Assembly: GCA_038844785.1 (NCBI GenBank)
Contig: JAWBRA010000039.1
Span: 1-11,641, forward strand
Length of the DNA: 11,641 bases
Reading direction: 5' to 3'
From: Candidatus Caldarchaeum sp.
GTDB lineage: Archaea; Thermoproteota; Nitrososphaeria_A; Caldarchaeales; Caldarchaeaceae
This document shows positions 1-9,006 of this stretch, piece by piece. Made by a program: the position numbers and the translations under genes. How positions within the stretch are numbered: the first letter of the stretch is position 1; every line of letters begins with the position of its first letter. The notes beneath the pieces are model-generated. The model saw only the letters and a program-made list of their open reading frames with translations. It was not told where the DNA came from and ran no database searches.

Positions 1-145
1 CTTTCTTATCCAAGAAGATCGGCACATATTGCAACATCGTTTGCATGCCTCGAAATCAAGCCACCTCTTCCCTAACCCAAGCAACAGGTTTTAGACTTCT
101 ATCTTGGTTTCTGTATTGAAAAGCTAGTCAGACCAATTCTGAAGC

Positions 146-157
146 AAAAGATAAAAA
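146..157 (+). promoter_or_regulatory. Possible BRE/TATA-like promoter of csx1 (near-leaderless transcript)
   Basis: A-rich AAAAGATAAAAA ending about 25 nt upstream of ATG 182; weak match to the archaeal BRE-TATA consensus, and no SD is visible before the ATG. Confidence 0.3.
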
Positions 158-181
158 CAAATAGTCCACATGAAACCATGA

Positions 182-1474
182 ATGCGGACATACATCATAC
201 AAGTCATAGGCCCAACCCACTACATGGACACTGAGTTCCTCATCGACGGAAAGAGACGCAGGGCAAAACTCGCCTGCGAAGCCGTAAGACAACATCTTGA
301 AGAACAAGGTAACAGCCCCAAGGTAATCCTCCTCGCACCCGAAAGCTTAGTCACCTTCGTCGCGGAAGACGCTGAAACAGCAGCTACCCTCCTCAGAGAC
401 TGGCGAAAACTCGCGTCATCGATTTCAAAGGAATGCACACAGAGGGGATGGGTTGAAGACGGTGCAACAGTATCCGTCATACAATCAACGGGACAGCAGA
501 AACACAACAACTATATACTCAGCATAGACAACCATGTCGACAACATAATCACACACCTCACTCTCGAGTTAATCAACACAATCCCAGCAGACTCAAAGAT
601 CTTCTACATCACCACGACAGGCCTAAACATCTACGTCATAGCGGCGCTAGAAGCCATCCGCCAATGCCAACTATACCACAAACTGGCGACACTCATCGAA
701 GAAAAAACCACAGAGACCGAGCTCCTCTTCCACCCACAAGTATACCCAGATACCGAAACACCCATCCAAACAACAGAATACAGCACAAGAGTCTTCTTCG
801 AATTCAAGAAAGCGTCCGCCAACGAACTTTTTAATTCTCCACAGATAAGAAGACAGCTACATGAAACACTACAAGACATTAACCGTGAAGTCAATACCGT
901 CGAACTCTGCTTCAACGCCGTCAAATACTGCATACCCTTAGCCATACAGCATCTCGTATCAAACCAGATCCACACCCAGACAATACTGGATAAGCTAAAA
1001 CAAGTACTTGAGATAGCTGAGCAGCAGAGAAACATAACTGTAGAGAACAAACACGTTCACGTAAAACGTCACCGCGTAGTCAAAAACATCGCCATCAACA
1101 TTCTCGTTGCAGCAGCCCTGGCCCATCCACTTGGGCGAATCAAAGAAATAACAGATAAGACGGAGGGAAAACTCGAAGAACTCGCTAAAACATTTAAAAC
1201 AATATACGATAAGCTTCAAATGGGAATAAACCAAAGATTCCTCGAACGGGAGGTTGAAGCAATACTGGAGAAGGCAAAAATCCAAGTCGGCGAGGAAAAG
1301 CTCCTAGAAGAACTTTCGGAAGGGCGCGGAAGCAAAGACAAGAAGAGAAATTTCTTCGCCCACGCCGGCTTTCTAAAAGAATACACCCTGATCAAGAACA
1401 CTGGAGAAGGGATAACCGCTCGATATGATCCAAGCAGGCTTGACGAGATAAGAAACTGGCTTCTCAACCCATAA
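182..1474 (+). CDS. csx1: Csx1-family cyclic-oligoadenylate-activated ribonuclease (N-terminal CARF, C-terminal HEPN)
   Basis: 430 aa. Rossmann-like N-terminus (VILLAPESL; FYITTTGLN at the DxTHGxN position), C-terminal HEPN R-x4-H motif KRNFFAHAGF (RNFFAH at 1346-1363), and position next to a Cas10 operon. Confidence 0.9.
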   Translation: MRTYIIQVIGPTHYMDTEFLIDGKRRRAKLACEAVRQHLEEQGNSPKVILLAPESLVTFVAEDAETAATLLRDWRKLASSISKECTQRGWVEDGATVSVIQSTGQQKHNNYILSIDNHVDNIITHLTLELINTIPADSKIFYITTTGLNIYVIAALEAIRQCQLYHKLATLIEEKTTETELLFHPQVYPDTETPIQTTEYSTRVFFEFKKASANELFNSPQIRRQLHETLQDINREVNTVELCFNAVKYCIPLAIQHLVSNQIHTQTILDKLKQVLEIAEQQRNITVENKHVHVKRHRVVKNIAINILVAAALAHPLGRIKEITDKTEGKLEELAKTFKTIYDKLQMGINQRFLEREVEAILEKAKIQVGEEKLLEELSEGRGSKDKKRNFFAHAGFLKEYTLIKNTGEGITARYDPSRLDEIRNWLLNP

Positions 1475-1590
1475 ACGTTCGACAAAACCAAACAAAAAAC
1501 GAACATCATTCCGTAACAACCAGCAGGAATACGAAGGCCTTCGCCCAGAGCTTAATACCATGCGTGCCCCCCATCTACCATGCCACCTTC

Positions 1591-1606
1591 GGAAAAGGCT
1601 ATAAAC
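1591..1606 (+). promoter_or_regulatory. BRE + TATA box, probable promoter of the type III effector operon
   Basis: GGAAAAGGC-TATAAA (TATAAA at 1600-1605), 31 nt upstream of ATG 1637; typical archaeal purine-rich BRE followed by TATA. Confidence 0.6.
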
Positions 1607-1636
1607 AATGAAGACAAAGAAAAAGGGCGAGTTAAA

Positions 1637-2032
1637 ATGGCTGGAACACTTCATCAAGGAAACCAGCCAGACGAATCCATAATTTTGAACCACGCAGCAA
1701 AAATAGGCATACAAGCAAAGCTCGACGGGTTAGCAAAAAGCCAGATAGAACAAATCATAGCATCGCTTGAAAACATGGAAGACCCACGGCTAAGCCTCCT
1801 CGTCACAGCATCCTTCGCATACAGACAAGCCAACAGGCTTGGAAGAGGTCATAGAACAGCCAACCTCATCGGAGAAGCCATGCAAGACCTCTACACAAAA
1901 AACTACGGAAAAGAGCAGGCTAGAAAACTCCTCGGCCTCGCAAAATGGGTTTACGAAAGCGTCGAACGACAATCCGTAAGACCCGTCAACAGCTACACAG
2001 AATACCTAGTACAACTCGTCGGGCGAAGATAG
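1637..2032 (+). CDS. Type III small subunit (Csm2/Cas11-like alpha-helical protein)
   Basis: 131 aa from ATG 1637. The ORF track starts at 1580, but that extension overlaps the predicted BRE/TATA. Helical amphipathic sequence (FAYRQANRLG...ARKLLGLAKWVYES); first gene of the RAMP operon, abutting the next ATG (TAG ATG). Confidence 0.7.
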   Translation: MAGTLHQGNQPDESIILNHAAKIGIQAKLDGLAKSQIEQIIASLENMEDPRLSLLVTASFAYRQANRLGRGHRTANLIGEAMQDLYTKNYGKEQARKLLGLAKWVYESVERQSVRPVNSYTEYLVQLVGRR

Positions 2033-2749
2033 ATGTCAAGCAAACATCCGTACCTGGACTTCGACCAACTCAAATCAATAACAAAAATCACTGGAACACT
2101 CATCAACACCTCACCGCTACGAGTTGGCGTGGGAAGAGAACCGCCGCTAGGGTCAGCCGTTGACGCTGCGGTGCTAAGGCTTAAACAACCACAGGCGGAC
2201 GTGCCCTACATTCCAGGCTCAAGCCTCAAAGGTATCTTCAGGACCTACATAGAACAGATAGCCATGTCTGTATCGAATAACGTTCATCCGCCATGGGCCC
2301 CGCCTGAAAGCGAGATAGATAAACGAAACCCATCTCCCTGCGACATCTGCGGAATATTCGGGAACACAAGGGTAGCAAGCCATGTACGCATATACGACTC
2401 CCTCCCATCAACAAACCCAAAAACACTCGTGAAAACAGGCGTAAGCATAGACAGGGATTTCGGCGGCCAGAAACCGGGACTCCTCTATACAGAGGAGTTT
2501 GTCCCACCCATGGTTGAATGGATCTTCAGAATGGACATCATCAACATAGAGTTCCCCGCCGACAGAACACCAGAGGACAGAAGGGTCGCCCTCCTGAACA
2601 CACTCTTCCAAACCCTCAAACAAGAAGGGCTTCATGTAGGTGCCAGAAAAAGCGTCGGCGCAGGAATCATCAAACTCAAAGAAGCAACCTGGGTCAGATA
2701 TAAGCCGGAAAACGGATTTCTAGAGAAAAAAGGAGAGGGAAGCCTGTGA
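2033..2749 (+). CDS. csm3: Cas7-group RAMP (Csm3/Csx7-like)
   Basis: RAMP motifs SPLRVGVG, PYIPGSSLKGIFR, CDICGIFG, GVSIDR and C-terminal Gly loop GARKSVGAG; Asp in GSAVD at the position of the Csm3 catalytic Asp. Confidence 0.85.
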   Translation: MSSKHPYLDFDQLKSITKITGTLINTSPLRVGVGREPPLGSAVDAAVLRLKQPQADVPYIPGSSLKGIFRTYIEQIAMSVSNNVHPPWAPPESEIDKRNPSPCDICGIFGNTRVASHVRIYDSLPSTNPKTLVKTGVSIDRDFGGQKPGLLYTEEFVPPMVEWIFRMDIINIEFPADRTPEDRRVALLNTLFQTLKQEGLHVGARKSVGAGIIKLKEATWVRYKPENGFLEKKGEGSL

Positions 2750-3660
2750 GCACGCCAACATACTGGACCTCCTCAAAAATTTTCTTAAGAGAAACGATTT
2801 TCGAGGGCAAGCTGGTAAACCTAACACCGCTAAGAATAGGAGCTGGAAGAGAGCCGCCTCTCGGCGCCCTTGTCGACCTCGCAGTCCTGCGGATTAACAT
2901 AGGCGGCAAAAATCTACCCTACATTCCAGGCTCAAGCTTGAAAGGGGTGTTCCGCTCTCACGCAGAAGCCATAGCTAGACTGAAAGACCCCAAAACATGT
3001 ACAGGCCTGTCCAAAGAAACATGCGTCGAAACTAAAAATTACGTGGATCCATCGGTGGGGGAACAGGACCTAGGCGACTATATAGAAGAAAAGCTTAGAC
3101 GCAACGAGCCGGAGAAAGCGATGGAAGCATTCTTCAAAACAGCTTGCCTGATGTGCAAGATTTTCGGAGCACCCTCGTATGTATCTAAGGCGGTTTTCTT
3201 CGACGCATACCCTGAAGGAGAGCCAGCATTAGGTGTAAGGGCTGGGGTGGCCATAAGCAGAAAGACTGGTGCTGTTGCATTCGGCCCCTACCAAGTCGAA
3301 TACATCGAGCCTGGAGCCCGCTTCAACTTCACCCTAGCCCTCAGAAACCTCCCAAACTACGCACTCGGCCTTATCGCCTTCGTCATAAACATGATCAGAA
3401 CGGGAGAAACAAGGATAGGCGGCTTCAAAACAAGAGGGTTCGGCCGAGTGACAATCGAAAACATCAGGTTCAGAAACAGAGAAATGGGAAACACGCCCCT
3501 TGTTTTGAAGAGCCTCGAGGAAGGAGTCGACCAAGAAATCGACATCTCCGACTTCGCAATCCAGGAAAACGGCTGGGCTGTAAGCGAAGGCGAAAAATGT
3601 ATCAAGCTTATCGGGAGATTCATCGAGGTCTGGGAAAATGCCAAACTTACACGTAGTTAG
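2746..3660 (+). CDS. csx7: Cas7-group RAMP, Csx7/SSO1426-like (probable backbone subunit)
   Basis: GTG start overlapping the upstream stop (GTGA). Motifs TPLRIGAG, ALVD, PYIPGSSLKGVFRS, CLMCKIFG, GVAISR, GGFKTRGFG. Confidence 0.8.
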   Translation: MSTPTYWTSSKIFLRETIFEGKLVNLTPLRIGAGREPPLGALVDLAVLRINIGGKNLPYIPGSSLKGVFRSHAEAIARLKDPKTCTGLSKETCVETKNYVDPSVGEQDLGDYIEEKLRRNEPEKAMEAFFKTACLMCKIFGAPSYVSKAVFFDAYPEGEPALGVRAGVAISRKTGAVAFGPYQVEYIEPGARFNFTLALRNLPNYALGLIAFVINMIRTGETRIGGFKTRGFGRVTIENIRFRNREMGNTPLVLKSLEEGVDQEIDISDFAIQENGWAVSEGEKCIKLIGRFIEVWENAKLTRS

Positions 3661-4588
3661 AGATAAACCCAGAGACAGGCACACAGTCACCAATCTGTCG
3701 GGAGTACTAGATATCACAGTCAAAACCCTTTCATACCTGCATGTAGGCAGCGGAGCAGAGCAGGTAAAGATTGCTCAAAACATCGAATCCATAGCACGCG
3801 ACATAAACAAACTAGGACTTAAAAAGCTGGCCCAATCAAGATGGAGCGACATCATTGGTGAAGGGGAGTTCATGGCGATGCCTGCCGTAGCAGGCGTGCC
3901 GGTAATCCCAGGGTCATCCGTCAAAGGTAACATAAGAGCGAGGATGGAGCTGAGCTTCGTACCGCGGAACGGCAGCGTCAGAAGCTGCTTCTCCGTAAAC
4001 ATGCGGCAGGCGACCAAAAGCTCTTGGCGACATTCGAGAATATGGGGCAAACGTGTGGAAGCCAATAGAGGAAGAGCCTGCACCTACAATGAAGAAGAAC
4101 CCGCGATATGTCTTCTCTGCGACATATTCGGCACTCAAGGACTGGCTAGCTTAGTAATGTTTTCAGACTTCGTGGGAAATAGGGTTGCGTTAGAACGGAT
4201 TAGCGGCGAATACGGCATGAAGCTGTTAGCGGCTCCACCGGGCTCGTCATTCCACGGCGAGATAAGCTTCAGAAACCTAGCCGAGAGTGAGCTCGGGCTG
4301 ATACTTTTCGGCGGCATGGGGATAAGCAACAGCAACGCCGGCAGACCCGTTCTTCTAGGCAGGCTAAAATACAGAGGAAAACTAGCGGGAAAAGAATTCG
4401 GCAGAATCCAGTATGTGATAAACTCTCTCACACTCTCGAGGTTGTCAAAACCGCTACTAGGACTGGGTGCAGGTGAGCAAGCATCTGGAAACATGCTCCA
4501 AAACGTAATCAACACACTCATCTCATCTGCGGAAAGAGAGTACGGCGGAGAGCTTGAGACTGTCGACGAGGTGAAAGCCCTTGCATGA
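3638..4588 (+). CDS. Cas7-group RAMP (Csm5-like position)
   Basis: SYLHVGSG, PVIPGSSVKGNIR, C...C...CLLCDIFG putative Zn site, divergent Gly loop LGRLKYRG...FG; overlaps the upstream gene by 23 nt. Confidence 0.8.
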   Translation: MPNLHVVRDKPRDRHTVTNLSGVLDITVKTLSYLHVGSGAEQVKIAQNIESIARDINKLGLKKLAQSRWSDIIGEGEFMAMPAVAGVPVIPGSSVKGNIRARMELSFVPRNGSVRSCFSVNMRQATKSSWRHSRIWGKRVEANRGRACTYNEEEPAICLLCDIFGTQGLASLVMFSDFVGNRVALERISGEYGMKLLAAPPGSSFHGEISFRNLAESELGLILFGGMGISNSNAGRPVLLGRLKYRGKLAGKEFGRIQYVINSLTLSRLSKPLLGLGAGEQASGNMLQNVINTLISSAEREYGGELETVDEVKALA

Positions 4589-7274
4589 GCTAAAATACAT
4601 TGAACCAGGGTACCCCGTCTACAGAACATACATAATACCACGTACCATAGACGGGCAAATCACACACGTCAGAAGATTGACGGAAGATGATGTGGAAAAA
4701 TGGAAAAAGACCCTGGATAAACTCCGCGACTTCCTAACAAGAATAAAGCAATTCACGAAAACGTTTGAGCAAGAGATGTCTTCCGCTGAACATCTGGAGA
4801 CCCTCGCCGACTGCATAATCCTCTTCTTCAAAATACCTTTGCTGAGAGAAGTTCTTCCTACAGTTGCCCCAAACCCTCTGAAAGCTTACCTATTCTACAG
4901 GCTTCTCTGGAGAGACATGTCCAAGCATCTGTCATACGGGCCAATTGAATTCGCTGAAACATGTTACGAGGAAAACGTGCGAAACTTCATCCAGAAGGTG
5001 GTGGCAGAAATCTTTAATGACGTCGAGCTTATTTCAACAGTTGAAGAGGCTTGGCTCAACTTTCCAGCTGACACGAGACCGGGCTACAACACATCAGCCC
5101 TCATACCACACATGTTCCTCACATCATCGATCGCTTGGGCCTTAGCCGTAGAATCCGGCATGAACAGGCTTGAAGCAGCGAAGGTAAGGCTTTCAGCAAT
5201 CCTACATGATGTCGGAAAGCCGTTCGACTACAGGAGGCATTATATTACATCCCCGCAAATTGCCAAGTGTTTACTCTCAGACATATTGGGCGACCAAGAA
5301 TTAAAAGAATTGGTGGCGTCCGTTGAAGACCATCATCGCGAAGGCTCTCCGGTAAGAGAGGCTGACAAAATTGCGGCACAGATCGATAGGCTTAATACCT
5401 ATGTGGAGAAGGTCTTGCAGCAAGACATAAACACGACAGCCTCAATGTTCGGCTTAAATTCTAAAGTGGCGTATTGGTCGGGTGAAGAGGCGTGGAATTT
5501 CTGGGTAGAGCTCGAAAAAAAGAAACCCGGAATATTGAGAGAGCTTTCTCAGAAATTTGCAATTGACATATATGAGAATAAGGTGCGTCTGGAGTCAGAT
5601 CAACGATCATTAGAACCGCTACTGTTGTTTCATTTCGACGTAGGTGGTATTCAGGAGTTCATCAAGAGAGCCAGCGAGCTTAGATGCGTAGTAGCGTCCA
5701 GCATTGTTATTGATGTGGTAACCGGTGCCTACATTCCGTTGATTGTTCAGAAAATCATCGAGGAAAAAGCAAATAAATGGTTCCCATTGGAGTCGTTCTT
5801 ATACACCTCCGGCGGCGTAGTCACACTGCTGGCTCCAAAGAGCCTAAACGACGTAATGAGAACTGTTCATCAAAAGCTGAGGGAGCAATGCGGTAAGGAC
5901 CATATAACGGTATACCTAGCCTCGACCGAGCTTAGCAACAATTATTTTGAGACCACTGGAAGGCTGTCGTCTAAGATGGGTTTAGCCAAGCTAGAGGACT
6001 CATTCACCTACATGCCGGTGGAGCTGGACGCCGACAATCTATGCGAGTTTTGCAGAATGCATAATCATGAAAAAACAATACAGACGACTAAGGAGAAAGT
6101 TTGCAGAACATGTTACAGTCTCTACCACATCGGGAACGAGCTATACTTCGCGCAACGCTGGAATGCGGAAATATATTTCGAATCCAAAGGATTTACGCTA
6201 AAAAATGTTTTCCAAACCCTAGAATGGGAAGATGTTTCAGCAGGAATATTGGAATTGATTTCAGGCCATACTGTAGACGACCTAGTGAAGCTTGGTCTCA
6301 TAGCCACCAAACAATCAGTAAGTTTAGAAAACACGACAAAGCCAAGGATTCGGAACATAGGAATAATTAAGATGGACGGAAATCTGATGGGCGCTTTCTT
6401 CGCAAACTCCATCTCGGTCACTGACGCCCTAGAAAGAAGCGCTAGAGTCGATATCGCGCTTAAAAAAGCTCTAGAAGAAGCTATTCGTAACATAGCGGCA
6501 GCAGCCAACGATCCGGAAGAGGCTAGAAGAGTGGTTGCGTTGTTCAGCTTGGGAATACTATATGTCGGCGGCGACGACGCGATGTTGCTGTGTCCAAGCT
6601 GGGCCGCCATTCCGTTGGCATACCACGTAGCACAGGTGTTCCATCGGGAGATGGGTGGTGCTGCAAGCCTGAGCATCGGCGTCCTCGCCACACCTCCAAA
6701 ACATGATGTCTGGGCATCAATCTCCGCAGTCTCAAAACTTCTTGACATTGCTAAGAGCAGGGGAAGAAAGACAAAGACAGGTGCGGTTTGCTACGACGTA
6801 ATCGAGGGCGGTGTTGTCAGCGCGTCATCAATACAAGAAAGACATGAATCGTTGAAGGAAAGAAATCTAACCGGACAGCCGTTATGTGTAAGTAGTCAAG
6901 ATAAGGGCTGGTACAGCCTAGAAGAAATTATACAGATAATAAGCGGACAGCCAGCTGGAAAAATAAACACGCTGGCCTACACTATTTCAAGAGAAATCGA
7001 GACCGAACAGAGTAAAACCCTGAAGAAGATTAGAACAGCAATCAGAAAATCCATTCAAGTGGGCGACACGTTGGGCATAGGGTCAGACTGGCAACCATAC
7101 ACCACTGTCTACGCCTTCAAAATGAGTAATGAAATAGAATACATAGCGGTAAGAGAGCTCGTCAAAAAGTGGTTCGAGCTTAATCAGAGTAAGCCACACG
7201 GGTCTGGGAGCATAGGAATGCCTCTCGCCGATGTTGACATCCTAATCAAAATGCTGGGAGGTGGAGTGCTATAA
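4581..7274 (+). CDS. cas10: Cas10 large subunit with HD nuclease and Palm/cyclase domains
   Basis: 897 aa, TTG start with SD GAGGTGA (4568-4574). HD motifs H...LHDVGK...EDHH...ADKIAAQIDR; Palm1 FDVGGIQEFI and YTSGG; Zn finger CEFC...CRTC; Palm2 KMDGNLMG and YVGGDD. Confidence 0.95.
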   Translation: MHELKYIEPGYPVYRTYIIPRTIDGQITHVRRLTEDDVEKWKKTLDKLRDFLTRIKQFTKTFEQEMSSAEHLETLADCIILFFKIPLLREVLPTVAPNPLKAYLFYRLLWRDMSKHLSYGPIEFAETCYEENVRNFIQKVVAEIFNDVELISTVEEAWLNFPADTRPGYNTSALIPHMFLTSSIAWALAVESGMNRLEAAKVRLSAILHDVGKPFDYRRHYITSPQIAKCLLSDILGDQELKELVASVEDHHREGSPVREADKIAAQIDRLNTYVEKVLQQDINTTASMFGLNSKVAYWSGEEAWNFWVELEKKKPGILRELSQKFAIDIYENKVRLESDQRSLEPLLLFHFDVGGIQEFIKRASELRCVVASSIVIDVVTGAYIPLIVQKIIEEKANKWFPLESFLYTSGGVVTLLAPKSLNDVMRTVHQKLREQCGKDHITVYLASTELSNNYFETTGRLSSKMGLAKLEDSFTYMPVELDADNLCEFCRMHNHEKTIQTTKEKVCRTCYSLYHIGNELYFAQRWNAEIYFESKGFTLKNVFQTLEWEDVSAGILELISGHTVDDLVKLGLIATKQSVSLENTTKPRIRNIGIIKMDGNLMGAFFANSISVTDALERSARVDIALKKALEEAIRNIAAAANDPEEARRVVALFSLGILYVGGDDAMLLCPSWAAIPLAYHVAQVFHREMGGAASLSIGVLATPPKHDVWASISAVSKLLDIAKSRGRKTKTGAVCYDVIEGGVVSASSIQERHESLKERNLTGQPLCVSSQDKGWYSLEEIIQIISGQPAGKINTLAYTISREIETEQSKTLKKIRTAIRKSIQVGDTLGIGSDWQPYTTVYAFKMSNEIEYIAVRELVKKWFELNQSKPHGSGSIGMPLADVDILIKMLGGGVL

Positions 7275-7930
7275 GAAAGATTGTCCTCAGCCTAAGGCCG
7301 GTGGGGCTGTTTTCTCTCGGCTCCACCCACCCAAGAGCCCTTGGGCCTGACGTACCTTTCGCAGCAAAGCCAGTTCACAAGGATGGTAAAATAGCCTACG
7401 TGCTTTATATTCCGGGGTCGAGTGTTAAGGGTGCGCTGAGGTCGGCGGCCAGCAGGATAGCGGGACACGACATCCAACCACAACAATCTCACACCACAGC
7501 TTTCAAATTCACTACATGCAACGAATCTTTAAGCAAATTTATGAGAGAATGCGATGTCTGCAACTTGTTCGGTAAACCTGGCGTTGTTTATCCAAAGGTT
7601 TTCTTCGGAGACTTTGAGTGCGAAAAACCTTCGAAACCCCACATTCTAACCAAAGTAGGCATAGATGATAAGAGCTTGACTGCTAGCGAGCACGCGCTTT
7701 ACAGCGTGGAATACATAAGTCGTCAAACAATTTTCAAAGGTGAGATTTCTTACATAAGACTTACTGAGAAGGAGCTGGAGCTGCTTCTGCTGGCCATAGC
7801 AGAGCTAAGGCTTGACAGACTTGGCAGAGCTTCTGCAATCGATGCGAAGATCGAGCAGGTTGTCGACCCCGATGTCCCGCCGAAATTAAGGGAGATTATA
7901 GACGAACTGGGTGAATGGCTGTGGAGCTGA
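7271..7930 (+). CDS. Cas7-group RAMP (Csm3-like); start probably at ATA 7271 (first conventional start is GTG 7301)
   Basis: LYIPGSSVKGALR, C...CDVCNLFG, VGIDD, LYSVE, reduced Gly loop (RLGR). The frame is open from 7238, and the first RAMP beta-strand IRKIVLSLRP lies upstream of GTG 7301. Confidence 0.8.
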   Translation: MRKIVLSLRPVGLFSLGSTHPRALGPDVPFAAKPVHKDGKIAYVLYIPGSSVKGALRSAASRIAGHDIQPQQSHTTAFKFTTCNESLSKFMRECDVCNLFGKPGVVYPKVFFGDFECEKPSKPHILTKVGIDDKSLTASEHALYSVEYISRQTIFKGEISYIRLTEKELELLLLAIAELRLDRLGRASAIDAKIEQVVDPDVPPKLREIIDELGEWLWS

Positions 7931-9006
7931 ACGTGTATAAGCTTGTGCTGAAGCTTGAGTCGCCTGTGGCGTTGCCCACTAGGAGGGCCCGCCTCGGCTA
8001 TCTTGGAGCACCTAACTACATACCTGCGACGACGCTGAGGGGAGCTTTAATCACCGCGCTTTACAGGGAAGGCATGGTAGATGAAAACGCGTTAAAATCC
8101 GAGGCCAGCTACCCAACTATGATAGTTTCACCCGCTTATCCATTGGCGGACGGAAAGGAGTCTAAACCAGCCCATCCATTCATCTACCAATGTAAGCAAT
8201 GTGAGGATTCGAAGCCGTTCACGACGGAGTCCAAAGTCTTTCGCGGGATTCTCTCTTCAGAGGAAATCGAATTGCCTAGTGAGTGTCATCATGGGCACAG
8301 GGCTTTGAGAATGTTACATCCGTCTCCAGTCATCGATAACGGTGGCGGAGTGTTAGAGGAAGTCGGTGTAAAGGTCTTCCGCTACGTCGCCGTAAACATT
8401 AGCAGAAGGAGAGCAGCCGCCGTCAAAGGTGTGCTGTATTCTTATGAACTTATCGCGGGGCCGAATGAGTTCTGGGCGACCATAGCTTCCCGTCGAGAAC
8501 TCGACCTGAACGGCCTGCTCTTGCTCGTAGGCAGGGGTGTTTCCCGAGGACTCGGTAGAGTAAAAGTGGAAAAAGCTCAGAAAATCGATTTATTTAGTGC
8601 GGCTCAAACCTTTGCGAATCCGACGGAAAGACCGTTTCTGCTACGTGCCATGTCCCCTTTGCTTGGCTGCCGTGGGGCTGGCTTGGAATGGATGAACTAT
8701 CCTGAGACAATAGACCTCGGCGGCTTAGCTGGAGCTTTCAACATAAACGGTAGAGGGAGGATGACTTTGGAGAAAGTATATGGTAGGACGGTGACGTTTG
8801 ACGCTGGCTGGGACATGTACAACACGAGGCTCAGGCCGAGATTCCAAGCTAAAGCGCCGGGAACAATCGTCCAGGCGTCTATGAAAGATGTGTCTGGAAA
8901 CGTAGGTCTGCTAATGGCTGTGTTGAGATATTGGGGGGATATCATTCTATACGGCGGTAGCACACCCATAACGGGTGTTAACATGCTTGAGCCTGTGGAG
9001 GTGTAG
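7915..9006 (+). CDS. Cas5-group RAMP (Csm4/Csx10-like)
   Basis: LKLESPVAL, NYIPATTLRGAL, VNISRRR, LYSYE, mid-protein Gly loop GRGVSRGLG, then a second RRM-like half (LRAMSP...GWD...APGT). The start may be GTG 7921 given the SD GGTGA at 7910-7914. Confidence 0.8.
   Translation: MAVELNVYKLVLKLESPVALPTRRARLGYLGAPNYIPATTLRGALITALYREGMVDENALKSEASYPTMIVSPAYPLADGKESKPAHPFIYQCKQCEDSKPFTTESKVFRGILSSEEIELPSECHHGHRALRMLHPSPVIDNGGGVLEEVGVKVFRYVAVNISRRRAAAVKGVLYSYELIAGPNEFWATIASRRELDLNGLLLLVGRGVSRGLGRVKVEKAQKIDLFSAAQTFANPTERPFLLRAMSPLLGCRGAGLEWMNYPETIDLGGLAGAFNINGRGRMTLEKVYGRTVTFDAGWDMYNTRLRPRFQAKAPGTIVQASMKDVSGNVGLLMAVLRYWGDIILYGGSTPITGVNMLEPVEV

Noticed and set aside
1-90. Possible start of a divergent minus-strand gene (MQTMLQYVPIFLDKK from 46, or a Cys-rich frame CKRCCNMC)
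   Set aside because: Too short and truncated by the window edge to support.
1580-1636. N-terminal extension of the small-subunit ORF from ATG 1580
   Set aside because: It overlaps the BRE/TATA at 1591-1606; ATG 1637 fits the promoter spacing and expected protein size better.
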